Source of the DNA: Octopus vulgaris
Taxonomy: Eukaryota
Assembly: GCA_951406725.2 (NCBI GenBank)
Contig: OX597819.1
Span: 100,254,001-100,318,000, forward strand
Length of the DNA stretch: 64,000 nucleotides
Direction: 5' to 3'
How positions within the stretch are numbered: the stretch's first letter is position 1; each line of letters starts with the position of its first letter. Under the pieces are notes generated by a model. That model searched no databases. It was not told the origin of the DNA and saw nothing but the letters and a program-made list of their open reading frames with translations. This document shows positions 25,040 to 37,580 of this stretch, piece by piece. Position numbers and translations under genes: made by a program.

Positions 25040-25933
25040 GTTTTGTTTTTATTCTGGTAACATAAAAATCTGGATTTCTGGAGCTGATGAACTTTCTGAA
25101 CGCACTTTCACCATCGGCTTGAGTTTTGAACTCCTTCCCTTGCAGGTAACCATCAAGGTGCTTGAAAAATTGGTAGTCGGTATGAGAAAGGTCTGGGGAA
25201 TAAGATGGATGTGGAAGAACTTCGTAGCGTCATTAGTGAAACGTGTGATCGAGCATGAAGAATGATTGACCATCATCTGTTGACCAGTCTGGGATAAAGG
25301 ATTGGCAGTTTTTTGTTCAGTTGGCAATTTAATGCAATATGTTTCTGCAGTAATGGTCTTCCGGGGTTTTAAGAAGTCATAGTGGATGAGTCCAGCAAGC
25401 AATCACTATAGCTTTCTTTTTGAAGAGCTCGGGTTTGGGGAAGATTTTTCGGTGCTTCAGTTTGGTCCAACTACTATGAAAGATGTTTTTTTTATTATTG
25501 TATAGAATCTACTTTTCATTGCAAGTTACAATACAGTCGAGAAATAGCGAAGACGCGACGAGCAACTTTCATATTTGCACATTTTCTGATTTTCATTCAA
25601 ATCGTGTGGTACCCATTTGTTGAGTTTTTTTTTATTTTCCGATCGCATGCAGTTTTCTGGCTAACTTGAAATTCTCTTGCCAGTTCTCGAGTGGTTTTAA
25701 ATTCATCTTTCTCAATGACGGTCTTTAATTGATGACAGATGGGCGTCCACTACGCTCACAAACTTCAAGGATCAGGTCTCTACTGCGGAATTCTTTAAAA
25801 CATTTTCGAGCTACAACTCATTGGTCATTTCCTCACCAAACGTTTTGTAGTTATCGCGGGCACTTTCAGCTGCTTTACGTCCGTTTCTGTTGAATAGCAA
25901 AATTGTTCGAATATCGTGCTTTGACAGTTCCAT
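25040..25933 (-). mobile_element. Degraded mariner (DD34D-type) transposase pseudogene
   Basis: Minus strand from ATG 25933: MELSKHDIRTILLF...ERSGRPS...WVPHDL...IVTCNEK...GLIHYDFLKPRKTITAETYC...LPHPSYSPDLSHTDYQFFKHLDGYLQGKEF (YSPDL motif, Hsmar1-like). Confidence 0.88.
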
Positions 25934-25996
25934 TTAAGATTATTGTAACAAAGTTTTCTTTACTGCCCAGAGGGGGCCAAAAAGAAGGAGGGTACA

Positions 25997-26645
25997 AATT
26001 CAAGAGATGCCTGAGCCTCAGCGCAAGTCTGCGCATCAACAACCAAAGCTTCCCTAACCCACCATTTAGCGGGTGCTGGCAGCAGACAGAGCGCTTTACA
26101 AGAGAACTTCTACCCCAACACAAAAAACGAAAGAATTGCCGCTCCAACTTGATCAGCCACGAACGTGGACAAGGAACGACGGTTAGCTGGTAGGTAATCA
26201 AAGAAGCCATAAAGATTCCTGCGGCCTACGCCCTTCCTTTCATAGATAGCCGCCGCTCAGATCATGTCTGAATTAGGTGGGTCATCTCGCCTCGTAGTCC
26301 TTAATGGCTTTGCCTACCATCTGTAGGTGTGCCGTGCCATCTCAGACACAATGATGGTGAGGTCATCTGCGTAAGCTGAAACCTTCCTAGTGCAGCATAG
26401 ATAGCTTGGGATGCCTCTCAAGCACTTCAATTTTCGCAGTAAGGGCTCTAGAGCCAACATGTAGAGATGTGTGGAGACAGGACACCCTTGACGAACAGAA
26501 CGTTTGATGTTGAACGGGTTCGAGAAGAACCCGTTCACCCGAACGATCGAGTTGATGTTGCTGTATAAAGCAATGATCCATTCGCGGAAGACGGTGTCGA
26601 GCCCGAATGGTGCGAGGAGTGACTGCAGATACCGATGGTCACCCC
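25997..26645 (-). mobile_element. L1/Tx1-clade LINE reverse transcriptase fragment
   Basis: DHRYL...WIIALYSNINSIVRVNGFFSNPFNIKRSVRQGCPVS..LALEPLL...SAYADDLTIIVS, followed by RRLSMKGRA...FFRFL...HPLNGGLG. Confidence 0.9.
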
Positions 26646-26782
<137 letters not shown>

Positions 26783-27867
26783 TGAACGCAACGCATCCAT
26801 TTGCAAGTAACTTTATGTGTGTGAGTATGTGTGTGTATCAATTATTATGTATGTATATATTATACACAGCCACAGACACACACACTCTCAGACAGACACA
26901 CAGATATATATATAAACACATATTAACCTATACAAACACTTTCACACATGTGCATACATAAATAAAATAGATACAAACACATTCATGCAAATGCTTTATA
27001 AAGAAATAGACAAGAAAAATAAATTGTTTGATAAGGAGATAGATAACTAACAAGCAAAAAAAAATTGAAGGAAAAGACTCGGTATGTCTGGATACGGTGT
27101 GCCCCTAAAGGAGAAGGCTGAAATGATATTGGTCGTGAACTTACTCTATCATGATTTACTTGATCTTAAACAATAACCGTTATTGAACTATCAATATCTG
27201 ACTGCAATTCACCTTCTAATATCTTCATTTTGAGTTCTATAAGCGTTCTACAGTGTTTAACAATAAACAGCCAGGTCTCGCAGTTATATGGCAATATTTA
27301 ATGCATTGATTATAATAACAAAACATGAGGTATTTAAATAAAATAAAATGAGGCAAGAATGCGTTCTGTCTGTAAACGGATGCGATATTAAAGAAGCCAT
27401 ATAAACGGCAAGTAATAAACGTATTCACAATTAATAAAATGGTCTCCAGAATTACAATGTCAAAAAGACGTAATGTTGTCTGATCGACAGCGCCATCAGT
27501 TCTGTATTGTGAATATAATTGTGAAGTCTGTGAACTGTATGAATGAATATATGCTTCTGTGAGAGAGTATGTGTGTGTGTACATGTGAATGTGTGTGTAC
27601 TTGTGTATGTGGAGATATATTATGGATTTAGTCAAGTATATTTCTCTTTCTTTCTGCATATTTTCTACACTTCCTTGACTCAAATCTTCCAATAAAGAAA
27701 AAAAAACGATTATTGGAGGCGCTAGATGTACACATCACCATCAGAAGTACGCGATGAATATAAGGAAAGACTTAACGTTATCTACTATTCTACACTCATA
27801 TATGTGCGTGCACGCATCGTCATTAACACATTTGCTCTCTGCTATGCAGACTCAGTGACACATACAT

Positions 27868-27908
<41 letters not shown>

Positions 27909-28081
27909 AATTCAAGTTATGATGAACAAATTCAAATTACGTAAACAAACAAACGAAATTTGCTTTAGAAGCGTTGAGATGTCTTAGAAAGTTAAAGAAG
28001 TGATTTTAAATTCTGAAAAGCAGGATAATGCTAATAATTTAGCCTGACTAGGATAAGCTATCCCTAATTTGCAGAAAAAAA

Positions 28082-28380
28082 GTGTTGGCGACCGGCTATG
28101 AGACTCGAACTCCGTGATTGCGCGATGCGGTGCTCTGAACCAATAAAACTAAACCGCCCACACTACGTTTTGTCCTCTTATTTAACGGTCATTCCAATAG
28201 CTCTTTTGTCTTAATAACGGTCATTTACATTGTAATTTCCCTTTGTTTAACGGTCATTTTCGTAGAATTTTTCGAATGCCTCGATAACTGACGAGATGCC
28301 GGAGCAGTTTTCCGCCCTGACACCATAAACCCGGAGTCTTATTATGGCAACCGAATAAGTGTCACGTATTATATTACAGG
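28082..28380 (+). mobile_element. Family H2 copy with hammerhead-like core (+) and an oppositely oriented tRNA-like head (-, 28082-28160)
   Basis: Plus strand: gataaCTGACGAgatgccggagc-agttttcc-gccctgacacca(t)AAAcccggaGTCttat. Minus strand: ggcggtttagttttattggtt...gagttcgagtctc (A/B-box-like). taacggtcatt occurs three times in 28181-28259. Confidence 0.6.
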
Positions 28381-28460
28381 TATACATACATACATACATA
28401 CATAGATACATACATACATACATACATACATACATACATGCATACATACATACATAAACG

Positions 28461-28625
28461 TATATATACGACGGGCTTTTTCAGTTTCCGTCTATCAAAT
28501 CCACTCACAAGGCTTTTCTTGCCTGAGGCTATAGTAGGAGATGCTCACTCAAGGTGTTACGCAGTGTGACTGAACCCAGAACCCCGTGGTTGGGAAGCAA
28601 GCTTCTTGCCACAGCCACGCCTGCG
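28461..28625 (-). mobile_element. SINE family C, 5' half
   Basis: acgacgggct..ttcagtttccgtct..caaatccactcacaaggc...ctgaaccc...ccacagccacgcctgcg, as in 42318-42742. Confidence 0.8.
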
Positions 28626-28648
28626 GCTACACACACACGCGCACACAC

Positions 28649-28697
<49 letters not shown>

Positions 28698-28738
28698 CAG
28701 ACAGACATACGGAAAGACAGATAGACAGATAGATATAT

Positions 28739-28797
<59 letters not shown>

Positions 28798-28905
28798 TAG
28801 ATAGATAGATATATAAGAAAAAGGGATAGGCAGACAGGCATACGGAAAGACAGACAGACAGATAGATAGATAGGTAGATAGATAGGTAGATATATATATA
28901 TATAT

Positions 28906-28980
<75 letters not shown>

Positions 28981-30160
28981 TAGATCATATAAATACTCTT
29001 ATCTATATACACAAGGAACACGTGCACATACGTATATACATTAGAAGTTTTGTGACTGGATTTCCTTATTTTTTTATCTCTTCACTGCGATAACATAAGT
29101 CAATTCCCATCTGGCCAGATTGCAGTGTTGGTTATTGCGTTTCTTCCGGGCATTGACACATTCTAAAGTTCACCAAGTCCATCTAACATGCTGTGTAGAG
29201 TTCCTCAAACCTTCTGACTGCATGACGAGGCATGCGCCAAATATGAGGAAAGAGTGACGCAAACACTGGAAGAGATTCTTGAACGATGAACAAGTGCTTC
29301 CTGTAACTATTTGGCATGCATACGTTTCCACAATTTGTTTCAAAGATGAAAGTACACTCCTGAGTAAAGTGGAAGCAAAGAATCCGTGGCTGTCATTTGG
29401 TCGGTGTTATGTCACACGCTACTTCTAATCTGAATCCAGGCTATATGATTTTGAATCAATAGGCTTTTGCACTACTGATTCATGGAAGTGATGTATTGGG
29501 CAGAGAATAAACAAAAGTATTAACGTACACTATATTACGATCGATCGGGAAATTTGTAGTTCTTTGTCGTTTTATGCTATATATTCCTTCAACTCAGGAT
29601 TAAAAAAAAATAGTCCTTCAATTACATAACTCTCCGACCAATCCCCAAACCGAAATCCTACTGCGAAGTCACATACATCTGCATGAAATACTGCAACACG
29701 CTTCCGACTTCGTGGCTTATTTTTACATCAAGCCTACAACACCCCTACCGGTCGACTGTTACCTTTTTTTTTTAGCACGCAAACCCTGACTACAACGCAG
29801 CTTTTGCGTTTAGTGTTAAAGAAAAATGGAGGGTAATTCTTGCTTTTAGTATGCCTATTGCGATGCCATTTTAATTGGTTCTTTTAGCTTTCTAAATAGC
29901 CCCACCTCTAATCTAGTTCTTAAGGAACATTGTATCTAAATACGACATGAAAATCGAATGTCGTAGATCCATGCCCACCATCAAGATTTTTGAAGAAAGT
30001 GAGCAATCAGCTCCTACAGTCAGAGTGATAGAATTCGTTTGAGCAGGTCTTCCCTCCAAACTTTTGCGCCAGCTGGTCACTACAAAAATAGTTCCAATGA
30101 TTAGACACTATTGGGTTGTCATAAACAACAACAACAACAATTGTAATATAATTTTGGCAA

Positions 30161-30560
30161 TACAGGTGTGGCTGTGTGGTAAGTAGCTTGTTTACCAACC
30201 ACATGGTTCCGGGTTCAGTCCTACTGCGTGGCACCTAGCGCTAGTGTCTTCTACTATAGCCTTGGACCGACCAAAGCCTTGTAAGTGGATTTGGTTGATG
30301 GAAACGTCGTATATATGTATATATATATGTATGTGTGTGTTTATGTTTGTGTGTCTGTGTTTGTCCCCCCAACATCGCTTAAGAACCGATGCTGGTGTGT
30401 TTACGTCCCCGTAAATTAGCGGTTCGGCAAAAGAGACCGATAGAATATGTACTAGGCTTACAAAGAATAAGCCCTGGGGTCGATTTACTCAACTAAAGGT
30501 TGTGCTCCAGCATGGCCACAGTCAGATGACAGAACCAATTAAAGGAGTAGAATAGTAAAA
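30161..30560 (+). mobile_element. tRNA-derived SINE family C (full length)
   Basis: gtggctgtgtggtaagtagc...gggttcagtcc head, internal (TA)/(TG) tract, and tail ...gtgctccagcatggccacagtcagatgac. Confidence 0.9.
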
Positions 30561-31060
30561 GGCAAGCGATTTTAGAAGGAAAGGATATTCGAAAATTTTA
30601 AGTATTCTATTTCACTGACACGTTATAATATTGAGAGAGTAATGAGAAAAGTGAAGATTGACCTTGGCCAGAATTTAACTCGGAGCATATAATAATCTAG
30701 AAACAACACTACTAAGCATTATTTCGGACACTTTAACTATTTTATCAATCCAAAGACTACACAAATAACAGTGTTGTTTGTAAGATTATTTTTGATTCAC
30801 CATATTCCTGACAAGCTTCGCTATAGAACATGACTGGTTTGTAAATATTGAAAGGATGAAACCATATTTACGTCTGAAGCTCATCTTAGTATAGCGTCCA
30901 TGTATTATTACTTCTAATTAACTGTGAACAAATCGCTATGTAAGAAGCTTTTGGGTAGTTTCAATTCCAATTTGGTTCTACCTTACTTTTGTATTCCTTT
31001 CCAGCTTTCAAGCTGTCAGCAAAAATTACTTTAAATTTTGTAGACACTTTTATTCTTTGC

Positions 31061-31154
<94 letters not shown>

Positions 31155-31245
31155 CAGAGAGATAGATAGACAGACAGGCATACGGAAAGACAGACAGACA
31201 GATAGATAGGTAGATAGATAGGTAGATATATATATATAGAGAGAG

Positions 31246-31319
<74 letters not shown>

Positions 31320-31333
31320 GTAGATAGATAGAC

Positions 31334-31412
<79 letters not shown>

Positions 31413-32517
31413 GATCATATAAATACTCTTATCTATATACACAAGGAACACATGCACATACGTATATACATTAGAAGTTTTGTGACTGGATTTCCTTATT
31501 TTTTTATCTCTTCACTGCGATAACATGAGTCAATTCCCATCTGGCCAGATTGCAGTGTTGGTTATTGCGTTTCTTCCGGGCAATGACACATTCTAAAGTT
31601 CACCAAGTCCATCTAACACGGCTGTGTCTCCGCAGAGTTCTCGCTGTACCCTGACTGCTGACGTGCAGGCATGCGCCAAAGATGAGGAAAGAGTGACGCA
31701 AACACTGGAAGAGATTCTTGAACGATCAACAAGTGCTGTAACTATTTGGCATGCATACGTTTCCACAATTTGTTTCAAAGATGAAAGTACACTCCTGAGT
31801 AAAGTGGAAGCAAAGAATCCGTGGCTGTCATTTGGTCGGTGTTATGTCACACGCTACTTCTAACCTGAATCCAGGCTATATGATTTTGAATCCATAGGCT
31901 TTTGCACTACTGATTCATGGAAGTGATGTATTGGGCAGAGAATAAACAAAAGTGTTAACGTACACTATATTACGATCGATCGGGAAATTTGTAGTTCTTT
32001 GTCGTTTTATGCTATATATTCCTTCAACTCAGGATTAAAAAAAAATAGTCCTTCAATTACATAACTCTCCGACCAATCCCCAAACCGAAATCCTACTGCG
32101 AAGTCACATACATCTGCATGAAATACTGCAACACGCTTCCGACTTCGTGGCTTATTTTTACATCAAGGCTACAACACCCCTACTGGTCGACTGTTACAGT
32201 TTCTTTTTAGCACGCAAACCCTGACTACAACGCAGCTTTTGCGTTTAGTGTTAAAGAAAAGATGGAGGGTAATTCTTGCTTTTAGTATGCCTATTGCGAT
32301 GTCATTTTAATTGGTTCTTTTAGCTTTCTAAATAGCCCCACCTCTAATCTAGTTCTTAAGGAACATTGTATCTAAATACGACATGAAAATCGAATGTCGT
32401 AGATCCATGCCCACCATAACATTTTTGTGAAAACCAATCGGTCTCAGTCAGAGTGATAGAATTTTCTGAGCAGGTTTTCGAAACTTTTGCGCCAGCTGGT
32501 CCTATTGGTTAAACTTA

Positions 32518-32571
<54 letters not shown>

Positions 32572-32584
32572 GATATATATATAT

Positions 32585-32731
32585 GGAGGCGCAATGGCCC
32601 AGCTGTTAGAGCAGCGGACTCGCCGTCGTAGGATCGTTGTTTCGATTCCCAGACTGGGCTTTGCCTGTGTCTTCTACTATAGCCTTGGACCGACCAAAGC
32701 CTTGTAAGTGGATTTGGTAGACGGAAACGTC

Positions 32732-32789
<58 letters not shown>

Positions 32790-32990
32790 TTATGTTTGTA
32801 TGTCTGTGTTTGTCCCCCCAACATCGCTTGAGAACCGATGCTGGTGTGTTTACGTCCCCGTAAATTAGCGTTTCGGCAAAAGAGACCGATAGAATATGTA
32901 CTAGGCTTACAAAGTTGGGGTCGATTTCACGAGCAGGCTGTTCCGTTCATCGGATAATTATTTCTAGAACCTGCGTCATCGTAACCGAAC
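32585..32990 (+). mobile_element. Chimeric SINE array: tRNA-like head (32585-32660), family C body (32667-32925), 23304-type tail
   Basis: The three segments each match different SINE families elsewhere in the window. Confidence 0.7.
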
Positions 32991-33037
32991 AAATCGTTGT
33001 GTAGAAGCTGCAATTCCAAGTTGGTTCGATAAAGCTA

Positions 33038-33073
<36 letters not shown>

Positions 33074-33258
33074 TTGTAACAGTGTGTTGTGTGCATGTAT
33101 GTATACAAGTATATATGCATTCGGTTTGCAATGTATATGTGTATTTGTGTATATATGTATATATTTGTGATTTGTGAATCTATATAAATATGTATGTAGA
33201 TACATATATATATGTATATATGCATACACACGTCTCTCTCTCTCTCTCTCTCTCTTTG

Positions 33259-33301
<43 letters not shown>

Positions 33302-33381
33302 TTGTGTTTGTATTATGTAGGTATGCATGTATGTACGCATGTATGCATAGCTATGCATATATATATACACACATATACATA

Positions 33382-33416
<35 letters not shown>

Positions 33417-33556
33417 CATACATACACATATGTATTATATGTGACATCTTGTACGTGTACGGTAGGAGACAATGAGGCAACGTGATATTTCGACTTTGTG
33501 TGTCATTTCAGTAAAAATTGCCGCGGGCCAGTTAACCAATAAATGGGGATACACAT

Positions 33557-33928
33557 ACTCTTTACTCTTTTATTTGTTTCAGTCATGTGACTGTGGCCAT
33601 ACTGGAGCACCGCCTTTTGGTCGAGCAAATCGACCCCAGGACTTATTCATTGTAAGCCTAGTACTTATTCTATCGGTTTCTTTTGCCGAACTGCTAAGTT
33701 ACAGGGACGTAAACACACCAGCATCGGTTATCAAGTGATGTTGAGGGGACAAACACAAACACACAAACATATATACACACATACATATATATATACATAT
33801 ATACGACGGGCTTCTTTCAGTTTCCACTCACAAGGCTTTGGTCAGCCCAAGGCTATAGTAGAAGACACTGAACCCGGAACCATGTGGCTCGTAAGCAAGC
33901 TACTTACCACATAGCGACTCCTACGTCT
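33557..33928 (-). mobile_element. SINE family C
   Basis: Homologous to 42318-42742 and to the reverse complement of 30161-30560. Confidence 0.9.
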
Positions 33929-34476
33929 ATATATTTATGTACATGGTTTTACAATATAATATATACAGGGGGTGCGCAAGCGAATGTGAGAAAGAGAGAT
34001 AGAGATAGAGAATGGAGGAGAGAGGGGGAGAGAGAGAAAGGTTTCACAATATTATGATTTTCAAAAGTAATATATAATGATAAGAAATGGAGCTACGCCA
34101 TGTCTCTCTCAGCTGTGACCGGAGTTTGAAAAAATAAATGGGGAACAGCTCATGTTGGTGTAAGAAAATCATTAGAGTTTTATATCCAGGCATTAGGTCA
34201 CGTGGCAGTAAGTATGATAATTGCCAAAAGTCATGAGACTGTCGGTCCACTGGATGTGTAATGTGCCAGTAGAATGATAAGCTGTCAGTTAAAAATAGAA
34301 AAAAATAGTGTTCGGTTGTTTGCAAATGTGCTTGTATATATATGATTGTCCATGTGTGAGAGGGAAAAACAACAGTAGTGCAATGTATTAGTGATTTACT
34401 TGATACAGAATATAGCTGTCTGATATGTTTCGTGTAGCTTATTCAGTCGTGGTTTATATCGTATAATAAATGTTTC

Positions 34477-34891
34477 GGATCTTTTCGGTTTGAACGGCAG
34501 TTTTTCTAGCGGTGTTATATGAAATTGTCACCCATAATTATGACGCTAGTATAGATCTATTGCATTTCAGTCTGTTTTAGGGTTAGGGGTGGGGGGAAGG
34601 GTATCTTTTTTTTCTTCACAAATGTAAATAAACCCAATCTGTTTCTTAAACGAGGGACATATTCATACGGCACAGAATGTTTTTTTTTTACCTCAATAGA
34701 CGTATTTGATTGGTTGAAAATGCAGAAATTGCAGAAAAAGAACAATAAATATCTTACAAACTATAGAATTTTCTCAATAAAGCCAAGAGAAAAAGATGTT
34801 TTATAAACACATTCTACCAGTATACGAAGTTTAACATTTTTTAGTTACCTAGAAATTATGTTAAAAACTGCCGTTCAAACCGAAAAGATCC
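34477..34891. mobile_element. 415-bp MITE with 29-bp perfect TIRs and 8-bp TSD (GG termini; Merlin-like or MULE-like)
   Basis: TIR ggatcttttcggtttgaacggcagttttt at both ends. TSD aatgtttc at 34469-34476 and 34892-34899. Confidence 0.93.
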
Positions 34892-34989
34892 AATGTTTCT
34901 ATATCTAGACTAAGAACCACTTCAGTTTCCATATATGCCTGTTACATTGCAGGTCTTTATATGTATCATTGGTCTTAATCCTGTCAATG

Positions 34990-35800
34990 ATTCTAAAACG
35001 TAAATTAACAACATTGACAACAATATACATAATATGCATTTCACAACAGAGTATAATGAAAAGCCAATTTAATTCCTGGATATTTTAACCGTAAAAATTG
35101 CTTCAATATTTTATTTTTTATTTTTATTTATTTTATATAGTTTCAGCTTATGAGCTGTGGCCATGCTGGGGCACCGCCATTTGGTGTTGCTACATGATTT
35201 TACTTCACGAATGTTTTTTAGCAATTGCCATTTGATGCATGAGAGAGTTCGATGCAGCTGCCCTCATCTGCACCTCCTGCCGTGAAGTTGATTCATCTGG
35301 GATACCTGATGGGATCATCTTCAAAATGACAGACTATAGCAGTAAAACTCACATTTTAATTAATTCCTTACGAAAATATTAAAGCGCCGTTAAACTTTCA
35401 CGAAAATTATGATAATTTCCTTCGATTTTTGAAACAATGTCCACCTAATGCAACAGAATAGACCAAGGAAATGGTCACTAAGGAATTACAAGAGCAAAAA
35501 TAATTCAACTACGTTAATCAATCGATTTCATATTACAACACACAATCCCCAAAATATAGAAAAACATTCTCCGTCAAACTATTCCACTAGTCAAATAAGA
35601 CCCAATTATGAAAAATGCGTTCAAAATATACAAGTTAATGAAAAGCAAATAACAAACAAACCGCCAAAATATTTCCTACCACTGCCAAATTAACTACAAA
35701 ATGTAACCACAAAAATCATTCCTCAAAACACGTAGTCGCCGTAACTGTTTAAACTACATGAACTTTATAGAGGATACATAAATTTCTTTCCGGAGCATAT
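34990..35800 (+). mobile_element. Highly degraded Penelope-like RT/linker remnant, interrupted by a CR1-like tail
   Basis: NNIDNNIHNMHFTTEYNEKPI*FLDIL (PLE-type I.FT.E....LPFLDI motif) at ~35005-35090, and HITTHNPQN at ~35529. Confidence 0.5.
35112..35315 (-). mobile_element. CR1/L2-like LINE 3' terminus
   Basis: Minus translation GIPDESTSRQEVQMRAAASNSLMHQM, then the tail ggcggtgccccagcatggccacagctcataagctgaaac followed by A-rich repeats. Confidence 0.8.
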
Positions 35801-37054
35801 TTTCACGCAGAAGAATCCCTTCACTATCAAAATTGTGAATTTACATCACCAAATGTAATGGATTTAATGTGATGAAATAAAACAAAAGAAACGGATTTCT
35901 AATTACTGACATGAAATACGAGATCTTAATACTAGACAGATTCTATTGAATAAAATTTAACCTTATGTACAAGAAAAAACCTATTATGCAAGACTTCTCT
36001 TTGTTCTGACAAAAACTCAGATCAAATAAGGAAAATACAAATCACTACAAAATATACTATACAAGGTACCAAACAGATACATTCACTAACGACTTTATAA
36101 CCAACATATTACACTATTTTAGTTCACTTTTTCATATACGAGCAGGCAAAAACCTTATTACAATGAAGGTTCATAATTTACTATCACTCGTTTTGATTAT
36201 TAAGGCAGCATTCGTTCATATTGTTACGTGACGTTATACTTGCATTTTATGAATTCTATCACATAATACATTCGTTGGACTTACGCAGCTTCAAGAATTC
36301 CTATAATTATCCTTTATACAGTCACATAGCACTATTATGTCATGGGAGACTTACCAGATACTATATCTGATTACCTCATCCTTTTCTACCAGGTAAACTG
36401 TAACTTAACACCTGGAAATTGAATGATAATCTCACCCTAACTTGGCGCGAAATTATAAACAGTAATTGATGTCGAGACAAATGCAGCTTAACTCTTTTAT
36501 TTCACATTACTTGTGAAAATCATGGAAATGTGAAACCAGTTATTAAGTAAATATAACTGAGTTAATTTAAAGATTCACACCATTCTTTTTTTATTTCTTC
36601 ACGTTCATTTTCAACTTCTTTTCTTTATGCCTATACAAGTATGAAAAAATGATTTTCCTCTGTGTGTGCGGATCGTGTTTGTATGTTTGTGTGTGGTAGG
36701 TGTATGTTATGTATGCCCATCTCAATATGTATGCTCAAGTTACTATTTTTTCTGTATTCAAAACATTTCCCTATAAGCACAGGTATTAATATTCATGTAC
36801 ATGTAATTCATTTCGCTCAGTTATCTTTCAGATATCTAACAAAATAAAGTCTTTACATAAAATACAACGGTTTGTTTATACGACAAGTGTTTTTCAATGT
36901 ATGTATTTATAATGTAGTGAGGTAAATTTTTCCTTTGCTCATTCACTCAGCACAATACCAACTGAAAATAAAATTGACCTGCAGAATGATGTTTAGTCCA
37001 TTTCTCATATATTTTGCATATTATATCTTACATCTTCAAATTATAATACTTTAT

Positions 37055-37230
37055 TATTTTTTCTACTATAATCAGACGGCCTGAAATTTTGGGGGAGGAG
37101 GCTAGTCGACTACATCCACCCAAGTGCTCATCTAATATTTATTCTATCGACCTTGAAAAAGTGAAAGGCAAAGACGAACTAACTTCTGCGCAGCATTTCG
37201 CCCGGCGTGCAAACGATCCCGCCAGCTCCC
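37055..37230 (-). mobile_element. Degraded SINE family B
   Basis: ggcctgaaattttggggga..tagtcgactacatc...tgaaaggcaaag...gcatttcgcccggcgtgc. Confidence 0.7.
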
Positions 37231-37281
37231 TGCTTGCAAAGATACTTATTTTCTATAAAAGCAAATCATAAGATTCCAGTT

Positions 37282-37580
37282 GTTTTTGTTTTGTTCCTTC
37301 TCGAGCCACGCCTAGCTCATAAGGGCCGGTTTCCCGGTTCCTTGGCCTATAGGTTCCCCACCTGGACGGGACGCCGGTCCGTTGCAGGTGAGCTGCAAGA
37401 TGCAGGAGGAAAGAGTGAGAGAATGTTGTGGCGAAAGAGTCAGCAGAAGTTCGCCATTACCTTCTACCAGAGCCGCGTGGAGCTTAGGTATTTCGCTCAT
37501 AAACGCACACATCGATGGTCTGAGATTCGAACCCGCGATCCCGAACCCGCTGCTCTAACCACTAGGCCATGTGCCTCCAC
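37282..37580 (-). mobile_element. tRNA-derived SINE family D (full length)
   Basis: Minus head ggaggcacatggcctagtggttagagcagcgg...gggttcgaatctc. Tail ggaaaccggcccttatgagc...aacaaaac. TSD-like aa(g/a)attccagtt on both sides. Confidence 0.88.

Larger units (their letters stand above)
28650..33030 (+). repeat. ~2.3-kb direct tandem duplication (unit 1 ~28650-31000, unit 2 ~31060-33030)
   Basis: 28982-30080 and 31412-32500 are nearly identical over most of their length. Both are preceded by (GATA)n containing caggcatacggaaagacagac, and both are followed by SINE C sequence with the same internal deletion (ggaaac|gtcgtatata). Confidence 0.92.

Noticed and set aside
27100-27145. ggagaaggctgaaatgatattggtcgtgaac as another hammerhead
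   Set aside because: It lacks both the CUGANGA and GAAA cores; the resemblance is superficial.
34577-34590. ttagggttaggg telomere-like motif
   Set aside because: Only two units, internal to a MITE; not an interstitial telomere.
36349-36420. Minus-strand segment bounded by tttccag and GTAAGT
   Set aside because: Stops occur in all three frames. It could be a non-coding exon, but nothing supports that.
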